NCBI GenBank assembly: GCA_040954595.2
Contig: CM082576.2
Coordinates: 2,702,760 to 2,766,759 of the forward strand
DNA: 64,000 bases
Direction of reading: 5' to 3'
DNA from: Balanoglossus misakiensis
Lineage: Eukaryota > Animalia > Hemichordata
Shown here: positions 13,456 through 28,400 of the stretch, in pieces
Layout of the letters: the number at the start of each line of letters is the position of its first letter
Position numbering within the stretch: the first letter of the stretch is position 1
Program-made: the position numbers and the translations under genes
The notes under the pieces: generated by a model
Told to the model about the DNA's origin: nothing
Seen by the model: the letters and a program-made list of their open reading frames with translations, nothing else
The model's database searches: none

Positions 13456-16400
13456 CTAGGAGAAAACGAAAATAACCATTTTTAGATCGTACAGTATGAC
13501 CTTGCAGATGAGGTACTCTGTTCGCTCACGTGCATAACCTGGCAACCCACCAGCTGTGGTTTTAGAACGGAGATCGAGCATCATGTGCATGATGTACGTT
13601 CTTGATGTGATCGATAAACCACAGCCTGGAATAATCTGCACTATATGTTCCCAATTTTTAGGTAGCATTTTATGCAAATGAGTAGAACACCTGTGATTGC
13701 ATATCATGAATATATAATATCAGTTAGATTCTGATGCCATTAGACCAGTTTCTGATATTTCACATATAGCAGCTACATGTAATTTACCTGGCATACAGGC
13801 TTTGGTAGAAATTGACTTCAAGAACACGCACACCACAGCCTGGCCAGTGTAGCCTTTACACTTTCTGTCAGATATTGCTCAAATGTCATAATGTAATGAT
13901 CAACACTGTTTGAAATGATCGATATACCATACTGTCAATGCACAGAATTTCAGTATAAAGCTTGAAGATGATTGGTAGCAGTTTTGGCCGGCCACGACAG
14001 ATATAGCACTCGCTTAATATCCTAGGAACACACCATGAATTAGTATCTTTACCCCCAGGGGGTAATCCGCAAATTAGTACCAATTTCCGTATGCCTCAGG
14101 AATAGAAAAAATAGCATTTACTTCTGGGCCAGTAAAATGATGTTCTTTGATCATGTGAGTCTGAGAAACAGCTGGCGTGATTATTTCCCCCGGAGGAAAA
14201 TAGTTGATCCTTTTTGGTTATATTTGTACATTCAAGTCGATCATGGCACAGCTTTAGCATGTGTGATGACTGTAAGTAGTGTTCTATGGACACTGGACAC
14301 TGTGTAGAAGCCTTAATTGTCATCCATTAAAAGTTAAGTTTGATCACCTATCCCCATTTGTGTAAAATGTAAACAAATTTCAATTTTTAATTTCTATGGA
14401 TTTACAGCAGACCACACATCCCAGCAACTTCAAAAGCCAAATCAACTATTAAAGTTAAATTTTGTGAAGCACAGAAGCTTGAATTATGATTTTTTTTCTT
14501 GCATTGAACTCAGCAACATGTAGGGCATACTGGACAAAGTACCATACAGATAATCTTCTGCGGATCTAAAACATGAATTTCCATGATTGAGGCATTTGGG
14601 CTCATTTTCGGTAAAGTTTCCAGGTGTGTCTCATCAGCAAGGTTAACTAACTGTAAAGTAGGACAAGAAATGATGGGCGGCCATCTCATGCTGAATACCA
14701 AGTAGCTTACTGTGTTCATGCAGTAAGGCGAATTAGAAACGATCAAAACTCATCAAGAACTGAACACTAATTGGAATAGTTGTCTAACAATCCATACACC
14801 ATGACCTATGTTATAAAGAGCTCCAAACCCACACTGTTCCTTTTAAGTCGACTCACTGTCAGATGACCGTGTAAAAAAAAGAGAAAGAAAATAAATCAAA
14901 AGATGTTTATACAGTGTTACATGTACATTTTCAGAAACTTAGGAGACATATTTTGAACCACACCAAGAACTGCATGCCACTGACACAAAGCTAATTGACC
15001 ACATCCATTTTAAAATAAATTACCGAAAATAAAGGAGAGTGAAGAGGCGTACATGATGTAGACAGACAATTTTCCCTGTCTCCCGAACAACAGCCTCAAG
15101 TGCATCTGCTTCCACAAGTAATTACTTGGTCCCTGCGGTGTGTACACTCTGTTTTCTTTGCTCAATCTAATCTATACTTTGAGTGGGTAGAGTTATAATG
15201 ACAGAGGCATAAAATAAATGTCACCAAACCAAACTGAGCTTCTTACAAATTTAGGTTGTCATGAACCTGACTACAGTAGTGATACCTCCCCCCCCCCCAC
15301 CCCACCCCCACCCACCAAACATCTGCGTAGGGGACCTGGATAATTTAAGATATGCATGCTACAAAAAAAAACTTTCACATACCAACAGAAATGTTTAAAA
15401 AGGTTTGATTTTAAGAATGAAGTAATGGCTTAATTGATATTGTCATCAATATTAATTATGGCAGTTTTTACACATGAAATGTGTAAGCTTCCAAAGCAAA
15501 GTGATTTATGGGTAATAAGAACTTCACAATGGATTAATTCTGACTCCTAGCAATGAGGATATTAGTACTTCAGTCGTGAAACTTCTCAAGTACATAAGTA
15601 AACCTCCCACAGCTAGCTTTTGAGTGTTTGAAGCACCACCTATCATTCTCAATTCTCATCAGACTACTATACATTCAATGATCACTTCTTTGCGGATCAA
15701 AATCCAAAGGTTTTCAGAAACTGATGGAAAGACTCAGCCATGGCTTTTCAAGGTGCAAACCTTTGCTGACAAATGCACCACAGCTTGAGGTTTCTTATAG
15801 TTATCAATTGGTGCAAAAGTTTTCAGAGAACAGTTCCAGCAAACAAATCAAAGACGTACTTAGTTAGTCCGAGTCTATTGTGAGTAAATATTACGTGTCA
15901 GATATTTTACGAACGGATTCTGATTATATGCGGATATTGATGCTTCAACTGTGAAAATGATCAGATAGGCAAAGAAACCCCCCACAGCACTCTGCTGTCT
16001 GAAACGACATCAATCTAAATTCTCAGTTCAAAACGCGGGCTTTGATCAATTCTCTGTGGATAAAATCAACACTCTTTCAGAGAACTTGATGGGTGCAGGT
16101 TGCCGTGTCTTAGATGCGATGGCTGCAAGAACTAAGGGGTGTTATTACATTCGTCAATTTCCCTAAACCACCACTGGGTATTAACTGAAAATTAGAGTAC
16201 CGTTATCACATTTAGCAGACCTGATAAAAGATAGCTGATTCCGGAAAAATCCACTTTCCACAGAAAAAGACTCCACTCTATACAGCCCATTTGGCATTTA
16301 AATCAAATAAAGTTCAAATTTGTGTTTGACGCCTGAAAGAGCTGCAGGTTGGCGCACAAAGGGAAATTTAATTTTTTTCCGGAGTAATCAAATGACAGCA

Positions 16401-19400
16401 ATGCCGTTTTCCACCAAGTACAAAGCTCCCCAATGGCCCTGTACAGCACACACTGATAACGTTCCTGACTACATGTACCTATAACCTTAAATTTCCTTTA
16501 AGGTAGTATGCGCCTCCAAAATCAAAGTCTCAAACTTTTTCATATTTTGCTCTGGGCAATTATAGATTATTCTCACCTAAAATTAAGAATAAAAATTGGG
16601 GGTCACTGTGCAAAATTTTGAATGAGAGAGCCAAACTGTCTAAAATTTGAAATCTCCATACAGAAAACTAAAATGGTGATTTTCATGACATCTTTTGACA
16701 TTGCTTAGACTATTTTTGTGACACATGATTATTTATTTTGGTCTACTTTTGCCAATTAATAGCTTGACAGGTGATCACGGTCTTGTTTGTGAGGATTTTC
16801 TTTGGCATGCGTGGGTTTGTGAGATGAGACCACAGCTAGCTCACTTGCTTGACTTCTGATGAAACGACTTGTATGCCTTGAGAACAGCTGAAGAAACAGA
16901 GAAGACAGGTGAAGGGTTTCTTTTCAATATTCCTCATCTCGATCTAAATACCGTGTATGTTTTAATTGGATGGGCAGGCAGGCTGCAATTATCACAGTGT
17001 CAATTTTCAGAGTCATTAAAAATGACTAAAAAGATTGATGGATCAATACACTGTTTTTCATGAGTACTGTTCATGGCTGCTATTTGAACACGAGAAATAC
17101 CGTAGTTTGCTTGAGGAATGTGTGTTAATTATCACGGTCACGTCATTATGCCTTGCTAGTAACTCACTGGCTTTGTGGAAGTCCACCGCACTACAGTAAG
17201 CATCGACAGGGCATTGAAAGCTGTGAAACAGTTGATTACACGTGACAATGTGTTGGTAAAAGATTACACTGAACTGGAAAAAGTGGCACCTACTTTCATT
17301 CTGATGTAATGCGGGTAGAGAACTCCTCGGCCATCTCCCAGGTCTCCATCGATTGCACATCCTATAGTGAGAAGTGATCTGCCAACGCCCATGGCAAAGA
17401 TGACTGCACATCCTGAAACCACAGAGAAGAGAGAAAACAGAACACATAAAATATCGCTGTCACAGACACGTTTGATTTACTGCTAATCTTGCCTACGGTA
17501 CACCTCGTAATAAGTCACCCGTATTTTACGTCAAATTGAAAATATATTGTGCGCAAAGTTCAACTGGTATTTTCTTTCTTTTGTTATATCTTCTCTCTTC
17601 TCTTTATATTAGATTTACAGTGTTTGTATTACAATACAGATGATATGCCGGTTGTAATGTAATAAAGTTGTTATTAGCAAAATTACATGCAAGGGAGATT
17701 CTGGATGACAACGAAATAGTAGGGCTTTATTTCCGTACTCAGGCAGGAAGATCAAGTTTCATTTTTATCTTTCTATACGAACATATGCAACCAACAAAAT
17801 GAAGGCAATTTTGGGCTAGCTACCAATTTAAGCCACAAGGCGCAGTTTCTGCCCTCACCATTCTGATAAAAAACAAGAAAAAAGGACACACAAACAATGG
17901 CAAGTGTCCACGTCTGGGTGAATATAGACATGCTGCTTTATTTGAAATTGACATGCAAATCAAGCTTAAAAGAATTAATGTGAGTATGATCAATTCTTTA
18001 AACAAATAAACTGAACCATACTATTTCTTAATTGTAGGAAGATTCAAGTAAGTAGTTTTGATTCTTGAAAGTTCAGTCTGGGTCCATCAGAGAATAAACA
18101 GATACTATAAGTTTGAAAAATGAGAGTAAAGGCAGATGATAAAGAAAACAAGGAATAACAAGAGATAAGAAATTCCCATTTGCAGATTTGACAAATGTAC
18201 ACATGCATCATACGATTGTTTGTAAACCATGGAATGAAAGTAAAGGCTGGTGATAATCTTGCCATTTGACTCAATGTTTCCACGGGCATGGCATGGCTTT
18301 AAAGTTGAAGATCTCAGTTGCTGATCCCTTCACTGAAAGCTTTCCCAGATCAGAGAATGATGTGACAAATGAATCAACGGCTGTTACAATCCCTCCGAAA
18401 TGCATTAAACTTATCAGCTGATATGTTACCGAGACATGTCTACGAGCTCGAGTGTACCGTACATCGGGTAATTGCCTGCAATAGGTCGGTCTCGGTAATA
18501 CCTATAGCTGGACTGACAAATAAGCTGTATTTGGTTGCTGTTATCTGCTGAAACTTTGCAAAACACTGAAAGCAGCAACTTTTTGTTTCTATCAGAACTG
18601 GATCACTCTCAATTGTGTGACAGCTATGATGATGAGAGCACTCGGAATTTCAATAAGAAATAGATTCATATTAGGTTCTCCACAGGCAGCCAACAACAGC
18701 TGGAGGAGGATGATTGTGATGAGACGCTGATTCTTATGAACTTCATCATACTTTAATAATACACTGACAGCATGGGTGACTGCCTTTTATTATTAAAACT
18801 GAGCAACATTGATGGAAGTAGCTTTTCATATCTGATGGCATATATACATCATGTGTAATGTAGGTAGAGTAGGATGTCCTCGTTGGTTGGGAGAGTGCTT
18901 GATGCAATTCTGCATAGCGGTTTTTGTTGAGGTGACTGGTGGGGTGGTTGTGACTCTGAGATTCACGCAGACGCGATCATCAGACAACCTGTATGTGTAT
19001 ATATGTGTATACCAGATTGCAGTTGATGAGTGTACATGATAGTTTAGTGGGCTAGCTGAGACACTTTGTACAGTTTATCAATATCTGGTTCAGTAAATAA
19101 ACATCTCATTCAGTAAAATTTCAATAAAAGGGATAAGCTATCCAGTATACTAAAAGTATACATGTGAAAATTTATGATACATTCTTCCAGGTCTACAAAT
19201 GGAATATTCAAGCAGTCATACAATTACAAAACAAAATTTCAACGCAGAAATTTTACGCAGCCCACCCTTCTTATATGACAATAAATGTCAAAATGTCACA
19301 CGAAATTGTTCGTGCAGAAAAATTCAAATCAACCATACATGCTTGTAACTTTTCACTTAAAACTTTTAATTGAAATCTGATATCGCTGAATCAGCAAAAA

Positions 19401-22400
19401 AACCTGAGGTTATCAGAGTGACATTTAAGAATTGACTGATAAAACAGGAAATATTTCCTTGTATGTTTTACCAACTTCATGCCCCAAAGGCTTTTATATT
19501 ATTATTTAATTTTTTTTGTTTTTGGAACGTGTACAATTTCACGAAAGACGAACTGGCAATTCTGTACAAGGGTTTAAAGTGCCAAAATTTAATATCTGAC
19601 ATACCAGTATATTGAAGCCCAATTTGGCTGTTTCCTTTTAGGAAATAACAATGACCATGTGGCATGGGTGAAAATTTACTCAAATTTTCAACATCCCATG
19701 GTGGAAATATTTTCAGCTGTGGACAAAATACACACACACAACCCTATGGTAGATGTTACTGAGTCAGAAAATGAAACCATTTGCAGTACTGGTAGGTCGA
19801 CGCACGGAAGACCTATTATAAACATCAATCAAAAAGTCTAAATTAATTGACTTTTTTGTTTATGGGCTAAGCATGTAATTAATTACGTGTACATCTGCTA
19901 ATGATGGACGTTCACGCTTTCATCATTCCAAAGTGTTTAATTAAATATTTCAGCACGGATCGTAACATTCTTTTACACCACAGCGTCAATTCACAATGAC
20001 AGCAACAGCAACTGTAAACTATTGCACATTAAATTTTCTGACACATTGAGAGTGAAAAATAGCCACATTTAGAGGTGCCTGATAAATTGTCTTGTCACTA
20101 TAATATCTAAAATTCAATGCCTGCACTGGAGCAGATTGATATCATTCTGTAATTTCAAATTTATCACTTCAGGCTCCACTGATCAAAATATGGGCAGTCA
20201 CGTAAATGTTTATCCACTCCTCATTTTATCACTCGGGTGGAAAGCTCGTTGTCACGGCAAAACTGAATACTTTGCTAAATTGTCACATGCACCATGGAGT
20301 CTGGGATTCCTTTGCAGAGTTGGTTGTATTCAAGTCTTAAATTGTTTAATGGAAAATGTCAAAACGCAGAATAATGTGTTTTGTATCAATTAAATTGTTT
20401 TCATACAAATTCTTCCCTTTTCATGGTCTTCAGAGGTGGCATAGAAATAAAATTTACATTGTCATGATCAGTCGACTTTTTTGGCAATTTATTTGTAGAT
20501 GTTGTGGTTGTAATTTATGGGTATATCTACTATCGATATTGAAATTGAGTTATTCAGGTATGTTCTGGTTTAATAGCTGACATAATTACCACGAAAGAAC
20601 TATTATTTTGAAAAAGCAATATATACCAAGCAACCCCATAAATGTCAGCTTACAGTGGCACCTCATTTCACACAAAAAAAACAATTTACAACAAGACAAA
20701 TGAGTGTCATAAAATTTTAACATTCATCGTTTGATCACGCAAAAAACAAGCAGTTGAGTGATTTTCAGTGTACATGATGTAACATATGTACTGCACACAA
20801 CTATTTAGTAGCTCAGCAGTATATTCTGTACTCTCATAAATATTGCCTAGATCATCTTAGCCCCCGGGCCGTGTCTCAAGACATGATCTCTGGATACAAT
20901 ACAGCCATATGGCCAAATTGTGTTTAAGATGCGTGACTACAGCAACTTTCAGTACTGAAATTGTTATATAAATAACTATTTCAGGATGTAGTATCCTGCC
21001 ACTGTATTGTGTTGGCTCAACAGAATTGGCACTCTGAACAAAAAGATTGTTCCTCTCAGCTGCTAATGTTGGTACTGGTAGAACATAAAACGTACTGTCA
21101 GGTACATTTTCAACCACCGGTATACATACATGTAGTGTGAATTCATACTGACAGAATTTTCCTGGAGCTTTTCAAGAGACTTAGAAAGGATGGCAGATAT
21201 AATCTGATCTTATTTTTAAGTCAATCAAAAGATGCAACTGCAAGGGCTGTAAATTTGCACCTTCATTCTAATTCTCTCATGGTGAGTCCAAACGCTGTCT
21301 ACTGGTGAAGCCAAAGAAAAGACCACACTCTAGGCTTTTTTAATCAATATGGTTTGTAATTTCAATATCAGAGGCTCGCACATCCATAAGAGACGTTGCT
21401 TACAATGTAAAGGTTTTCATGAAACACCTGTAATGATGAGAGCACCCGCCTGAAGTACTTTTATCAGTCGGCGAAAAAACAGAGATATGCGCAATCAAGT
21501 ATTATGATCACTGTAATATCACATCGCTTTAAGGTAAGTCTAGGATGAAGCTGAAGATTATTCACTTGGATGGAACCAAAGTGTCATCTTCCTCAGCATG
21601 TGTCGCTAGTCTTTTTTTTATTCTATTAAGTATTTTGTTGGGTATTCAATGTAATCATCTTTCCGCTGTGCCTCTTTCCAGTTTTTCTATAGATAGATAG
21701 AGAGAGAGAGAGCAGAGCAACTAAAATGCCACAGCTAAGTGTATCTCTCCATTCAAGTGCAAATGATTTCATTCAAAGTTAACCCACACGACAAATTTTC
21801 CTGTGAACAGAATTCATAAACAGGCCGAAAATGGACTGAGTCACTACTGTGGGATTTTTTAGACCCAGTGATATCGTCTCTATCTAGTGGAGTTTTTTTA
21901 ACAGCATGACAATTTTAACTGATCATCTTGAAGCACTGTACTGGTAGTATAAGATAGCTGAGAACCTGTATATTGAAGTATGTATAATTCAAGTACCGGT
22001 ATATGTATGGAATCATAGCAATACGTTCAGTTTGAAATAAGAGTTTAAAATGTGGACTCGCAAGAAATTGCACATTGTCTACAAATGTATGTGGTACATT
22101 CACCTTTGACAAGTATACCGTAATGCTAATGACAAAATTTTCTTCTTGAGATATATTATCACCCACAAAAGTAGTAACATTACCATTTACCAATCTTTAA
22201 TTTCCCATGGGGACATAGGTTTTAAATAACTATGAGGAATGTGCTTTAAAATGCTGAAAATCATATCTTTTTTGTGTGTAAAATTCCAGATTAGAAAATG
22301 TTCCATTGAATGCACAATCGGCAGATATTCTTTTCAACCGTGTTGCAGCAGTCCCTGAAGATTTTGCAACAAAAAAAAATCACCGTGGGAGTAGAAACGA

Positions 22401-25400
22401 ATATGCAGAACTTTTTACTGAGCATTTTACCGGTATAAGAAACTTGGTAGTGTTTTTGCTAAAGGTTAAAAGGAAAATTGGCGAATGATTTGGGGACCCT
22501 GGTAGAATCTCTGATACTTATTTATATTGATATATCAAAGGGAAACCTGCAGGTAAAATGGTACACAGATTCATTTCATATCTGACAATCCATTGTATAT
22601 CTTGTAAACCCTTAGAGCAAGTTATAGGTTTGTAGTATTGAAAGTTTTTCTTTAGCATCATTTTATATTAAAAATAAACTGCTGGATCTATTGTGTTTGC
22701 TCTAAAAATGTTGTAACTGTACACGAAACTGGATCAGCTACTCATATTGAGCACAACCAGAAGAACTGTGATGGTTTGTGCGAATTAGGTTGCCGGCCAT
22801 ATGATAATCATCTCTCCATAAATGGCTAACAACAGAAACGTCTGTTCCCATCGCGAGCTGATCTCATTCCATCGTCAACAATTTCCAACATGGAATCGCA
22901 TTTCATGATGTCAGTCAGATCATTTCATTGCTTTGATATTAAAATTTCAGTACCGTATCCTACAGGTTATACTATGTATAAACTCACCTTGAACTTTTAA
23001 AGCAATTTCGGTGTATCTCGACAGTTAAACATGAGTTGTGTAAACTGTAACAACTCAACTCAAGATTATAGACTGTGTTGGAGAATTAACCTGCATGTAT
23101 GGAATAATACAAACTGACATGAATGAAGACTTTGGAAAAATTTTATTCGGAGAATTAAAAAAAATCAAGAACATAATACAAGAGACCAAAACTTATAACA
23201 ACAATTCATGAAAATTGTTTGCAGTTTAATATCCTAATCAAATACAACAAAAAAGCTAGATCAATGTTCATTGAAATCTGTACTGACATCAAATATAATT
23301 TGAGATGATCTAGGTCAATTCATAGTTGAACTCAGGTTCAAGAAGATCTGCTATATATTGCTTGAGGGGGATATCAGAATGTCAAGAGTTATTGAAATGA
23401 CCTTTGAACCCTGAGGATTAATGGAAAGATTAATCCTTCTCCTTTGTACCCTATAACTTGGCAATATCTATCAATAGAGAAATCTAATCCAAGTTCGCGA
23501 CAAGGGAATTGTTCGGTGGAATCACTACTGAAATCTGTCTTTAATCGGCGTGTTTTCCATGATGTATCAATGGTGAAAATCTCTTGTTCGCAGGATTGTT
23601 GATTGGAACAGAGCCCACACACTATAATACCTGTACAACAGATGATTTTATCAACTGCACAGATCTAGAAGCCTGATCGATTCACCATTTTTGATAACAC
23701 AATTTAACATGTCACAGTTGTTTTTTTGCAAAGTATTTGCCCATTTACCCGAGATGACCCTAAAAGTTTTATAGTCCTCACGAGCTGATCACACAGACTG
23801 TTACATTTTAATAGCTTCCATTCCAATCCCTATGACCTATTTATCTTTCAATTTTATCATCACTGACAGTACCGTATGTGTCATGAATGTAACTGTTCAT
23901 ACGCCAAGTATTGATTTCAGCAAGTCTAGGAAGAAATGACTCGGGCTGTGAAATACAATCTCACTTTTAAATTGATTTTTATCAGTGTTTGCAGAGGAAT
24001 TGAGTTGGTGCATTACAGTTTACATACACTGGCTGCAACTCCAGGGAAGAAAACATTTCAAATCAATCAAACCCAATATGTCCATGTCTGCATGACTATG
24101 ATGGGACTGTGGTAAAATGAGAAGCATGATTAAGATTTCAATGGAAGTCTCGCATTGCTGCATGCATGTGTGCATTGCAAGCTTGTAAACACGTCAGAGT
24201 ATAAATGTTTCCTCATGATAAACACAGTTTAAAGCCCTGTGCATTCATCTTCAGTTTTTGTAGAAAATTATCACTATTTTCACTATGCAGAAGTTTCACT
24301 TCCAGCCACATTGCCTATGATACTTATTACTGTTAGCTAAAGGGAAAAAGTCTACAAAGGTTCTGCTCTTTGAGTACAGGTGGGTAATTGGGAGTTGATG
24401 ATCCACCTACCTGCAGGGAATAAAACTTAATGCATGGCAAACCAGCAGGCTAAAACTAGCAGATATATTACATTCTTTTTATCATTTTAATCAGGATTTC
24501 TACAAATCTCTAATTCAATCTAAAAGAGTATGATCTTATTGAAAAATGTAACATGCAGTCTGATTTAACAATTTAATGATTGGTATTTTCTATTGGCGGG
24601 CAGATGAGTCCCTAAAGCACTGTTTACGTCTTTTTCATGTGATCCCAAAAGAGATGAGAAGAAATTGAGCATGAAGATGGCAGAATAGTTATTATAATTT
24701 CTTAATATTCATTCAGATTTAATGACCAGTGTAGTGCTTGGAATTAAGTTTGGTTTATATGGGAAGAACGTACAGTTCGCCAGTTGATTTGATTATAGCA
24801 GTCCCGATGCCAGTATTCCTGACTTTATAATGCAGATTTCTCAAAAAAAGAAATATTAATCTGTGTCAGTTTATGAATTTTAAATTGAACTCTACGACCT
24901 TCATGTAGCATGTAATGCTTGCTAAGTTTTGTCTTCTGTTCATATTTTTGTGGGGATGGAAAAGGAAGGAAATTTTTTTTAATTGTTAATTTAATAGTCC
25001 GAGCGGAAAATTCCCTTACTTTATCCATTGAAATGCTAATGCCAAGTTTTGTCTTCTATTAATATTTTTGTGGGGATGGAAAAGGAAGGAATTTAAGAAA
25101 GTCCAAATGGAAAATTCCCCTTCCTTTATCCGTTCGTCATGGCCCTGATGATCCCAGTTTTAAGCAGGTGTTAAGAAGAGAGATGAGACAGGACTATCAA
25201 CAAAGGAGATGTTGTAATGTCAACTCCGCTGGGAAAACACCAAGCTGACAAGCTGATTGATCGGAATTAAGTGGAAATATAATTACTTGCACTCTCCATT
25301 GTCCAGATGATAGCACTCTTCACTCAGTGGGAATTTTTAATAAATTGCCAAGCCACCATGGGACAAAAAAGATGGACCCAGCAATTCATTAAGTGTTGAA

Positions 25401-28400
25401 CTGGCGAAGTACTTTCTGTCCACACATGAACTGCAATCCTTCAATGGAATTATCATCCTTAAAATTGGCAGATAACTTGACTTTCAGTCACCACGAGAAG
25501 TCATTTCTTGATCTCCAAGGGTTAGCTTAATCAATTATTGGGTGATGAATTGAAAGAAGTGAAAAGAAGCACGGGTCTCACAGGGCTGATTGGATTCCAA
25601 TGAAACTACTCGTGATAGTGTGATCCGACGTGCTGATCAAATTAATAATTTTGACACGCATAATCTTTGTGAACCCTGAGTAAATTTACCAAGCTAACCA
25701 CATCAAACCAAATGACAATTAACACCGGTCATGCAAGCTGCATTTATGAATGGTGATCGTTCAGTTAAAGGCAAGCAAACTTGTCAAGGTTTGACACGAA
25801 AAACATTCTAATCATAAGATTGATGTAGAATCCTCCCTCCAGTCAGGGTTCTGATGAGGATGACTGGCTTTGAACTGAAGGTTCTAAAACCTCATATCTC
25901 AGAGGGCTTTGTGGTCTGAAAAGTGAATATTTTGTACCCTTAGCTATAGCTCTCTCTAATGTGCAGTACATTTTCACAATATGCAACCCTGCTTTTGCGC
26001 TATACCACTACAATTCCCCCTCCCCTCCCTCCATAATGCCGAGGTGATTGGTCCTGTTTGGTTCCATCAGGACAGCAATTGACAATAAAAACAGTGAGTT
26101 AGCTAGATCTCGACTTTCACAATTTTTCTTCGAAACAGTGGTTTTGGTTCTCCTCTGGTGCCAGTATAATTTCCCCTGAAGGGAAGGGAAAAAGCCAGCG
26201 TATGATTCAATGTGCATAGATTCTGGTCGTCTCCATACAGCTTACCAGGCCACCAAGATATGCTTGGCTTGGCTTCTAGTCAGAAGGAGGCATTTGAGAC
26301 GCCTGTGAGAGGGTTGTGAGGAAGTCTAGACAGTGAGTCTGCAGTTAGTCGCTTCTGCAAATAATCCTGCTCTTCTTGGTCAATCATGCCTAAATAATAC
26401 ATTGTTCTTGGCAAACTTACAAAATGTAGATTGCCGCGGGCCCAGAAGATTACAATTATAACAACGGTTGCTCAACATACACCAGAATCAATGTTTTGCC
26501 ATTTGAGAACAATTTAGGAAAGAGATACCCACAAATCAATTGGCACAACTGCATTAACCATCATCAGTAATTGCATGGCTCTGATATAATCTACTGATAT
26601 TAAACCTGGTCCAGTACGGAAAAAAAAGCTGGCCATTACATTAAGAGAATATTTCATGCATGGCCATGGATTCTGAGAATTATTATCTGATTGATTGAAA
26701 TATGTGACCATGCATTTCTCTCATTATAATCTTTCATCAGGTTCTGGCTCAGGATGACATTTAAGATTGACCAATCAGTGGCACAGCTTATTGGGGTCAT
26801 CAGGTTTATGCCCCGGGTCACCATCGTTAGGTAAGTTTGCATTAATAACGCACTGATTAATCAAAAGATAATCAAATAGTGATTGCGGTTCACAATATAT
26901 TTTGCTTGTATACAAAATGTATAACCTGCAAGAGTGTTGTCAATAGTATAATACAACAGTACTGCATTTGAATGTGCATGCACTTAATTTACATCATATA
27001 CCGGTATAGCTATACTTTGCAAAAAGAGGAGTGACAGTAAAAGCATCGACACTCAAGAATGTTCTCATTCGGGTCTACTGGTATGATAAAATACAGAAGC
27101 AACCACAGAAATGCAAATACAAAACCTCAGAATTGATTAATTTTGGAAAGAATCACCCATGTGCATGTTGTTCAGAGTGTAGCCTTGTAACAGGCTAATT
27201 GAAGTGAAAGCTACTTCAGAGCATAGATCCTGCTTCACAATATATGTACACATTTCAAACACAAAAGGCGTACATGTTACCACTAGCCCTACTGCTGAGA
27301 TGAGTCAATTGATGGATGATCATAAAGTAGTATTTTGGTCTGTGCAACAACTAGCCTTTTTGTCTACTCACTATAAAGCATGAGTAAATGTATAATGATT
27401 CACCACCAATGTTGATGTTGTTAAGCCGATTCTAATAGGGTTCATTTGGACGAGCAAACATGCCCCCCAAACTGCGATGATGGACCTACATTGTGGATAA
27501 CATTAAGCTGTCAACGGAGCATTAAATATTGATACTTGCAACAGATCACTGAATTCAGCACTTATCAATGGGATAATAGAGGAATGGTTATTGATAGTCG
27601 TAATTAGCTGGTTTGAGACATAGCTACTGGGTAAATATTTAAAAAAAAGTATCAGTCAGTTATGGAAAAGTGAAAGTAATTTTCTGGCCAAAATGATTAA
27701 TAATTGTGTGGTATCAAATGAACTGGGGGTGTGATATCTCTCGCAAAACTAAATTGGCTGTATTTTTATGAAATACTGACGAGGTTTCTTGTATTGATCC
27801 AGTTTTTTTTTGCTAAACATCTTGTGGGTATATTTTTTCCTGTCCTATCGTAAATCCCTCGGAAGGTGCAGCAAAGAAGTTATTGTCAATTTCCTAAGAC
27901 CTTCCATAAAATGCGTTATGGCTTCAATAAAAACTCATGGTGCGTTATTAAACAGAAACTGGTTTTCATGGTAACACTGGAGCCTATTGATCAATTTAAT
28001 AATGAGACTCTCAGTAGGGTGATGAATATTTGCTTTGCTGTCTGACGATCATAGTAGTTTAGCAAGATGGTGAAGTGTAAATTCACAATTTACAGTGTGA
28101 GAAAACGGATATTCTTTGTGCCAACCATTATGTGAAAATTACCACTAGATGTGTATTCTAATTGGTACAGCTTTGCCAGTCCTCGTGAAGAAAAAAAAGA
28201 GACAAAATTGGAACTTAATCATGTAAATCGCCGTGAAATTGTCATTGAGAGCATATATCATGGATGTATCTTTTACAGGTTGAATACAAAACTGTTCTGC
28301 CCCCGCTATTATATTCAAAATTCTGGCTCCATCAGCTACAAGTGTGTGATAAGTATTTAAACTGTTATATGGATTCAATGTACAATGTACTTTGTTTGCT

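Noticed and set aside
18850-18988. Possible duplicated or alternative fuseless exon (minus strand GCLMIASA*...LLYLHY, loosely like exon 17412-17294)
   Set aside because: The acceptor is weak with no pyrimidine tract, there is an early stop, and the similarity is too slight to exceed chance.
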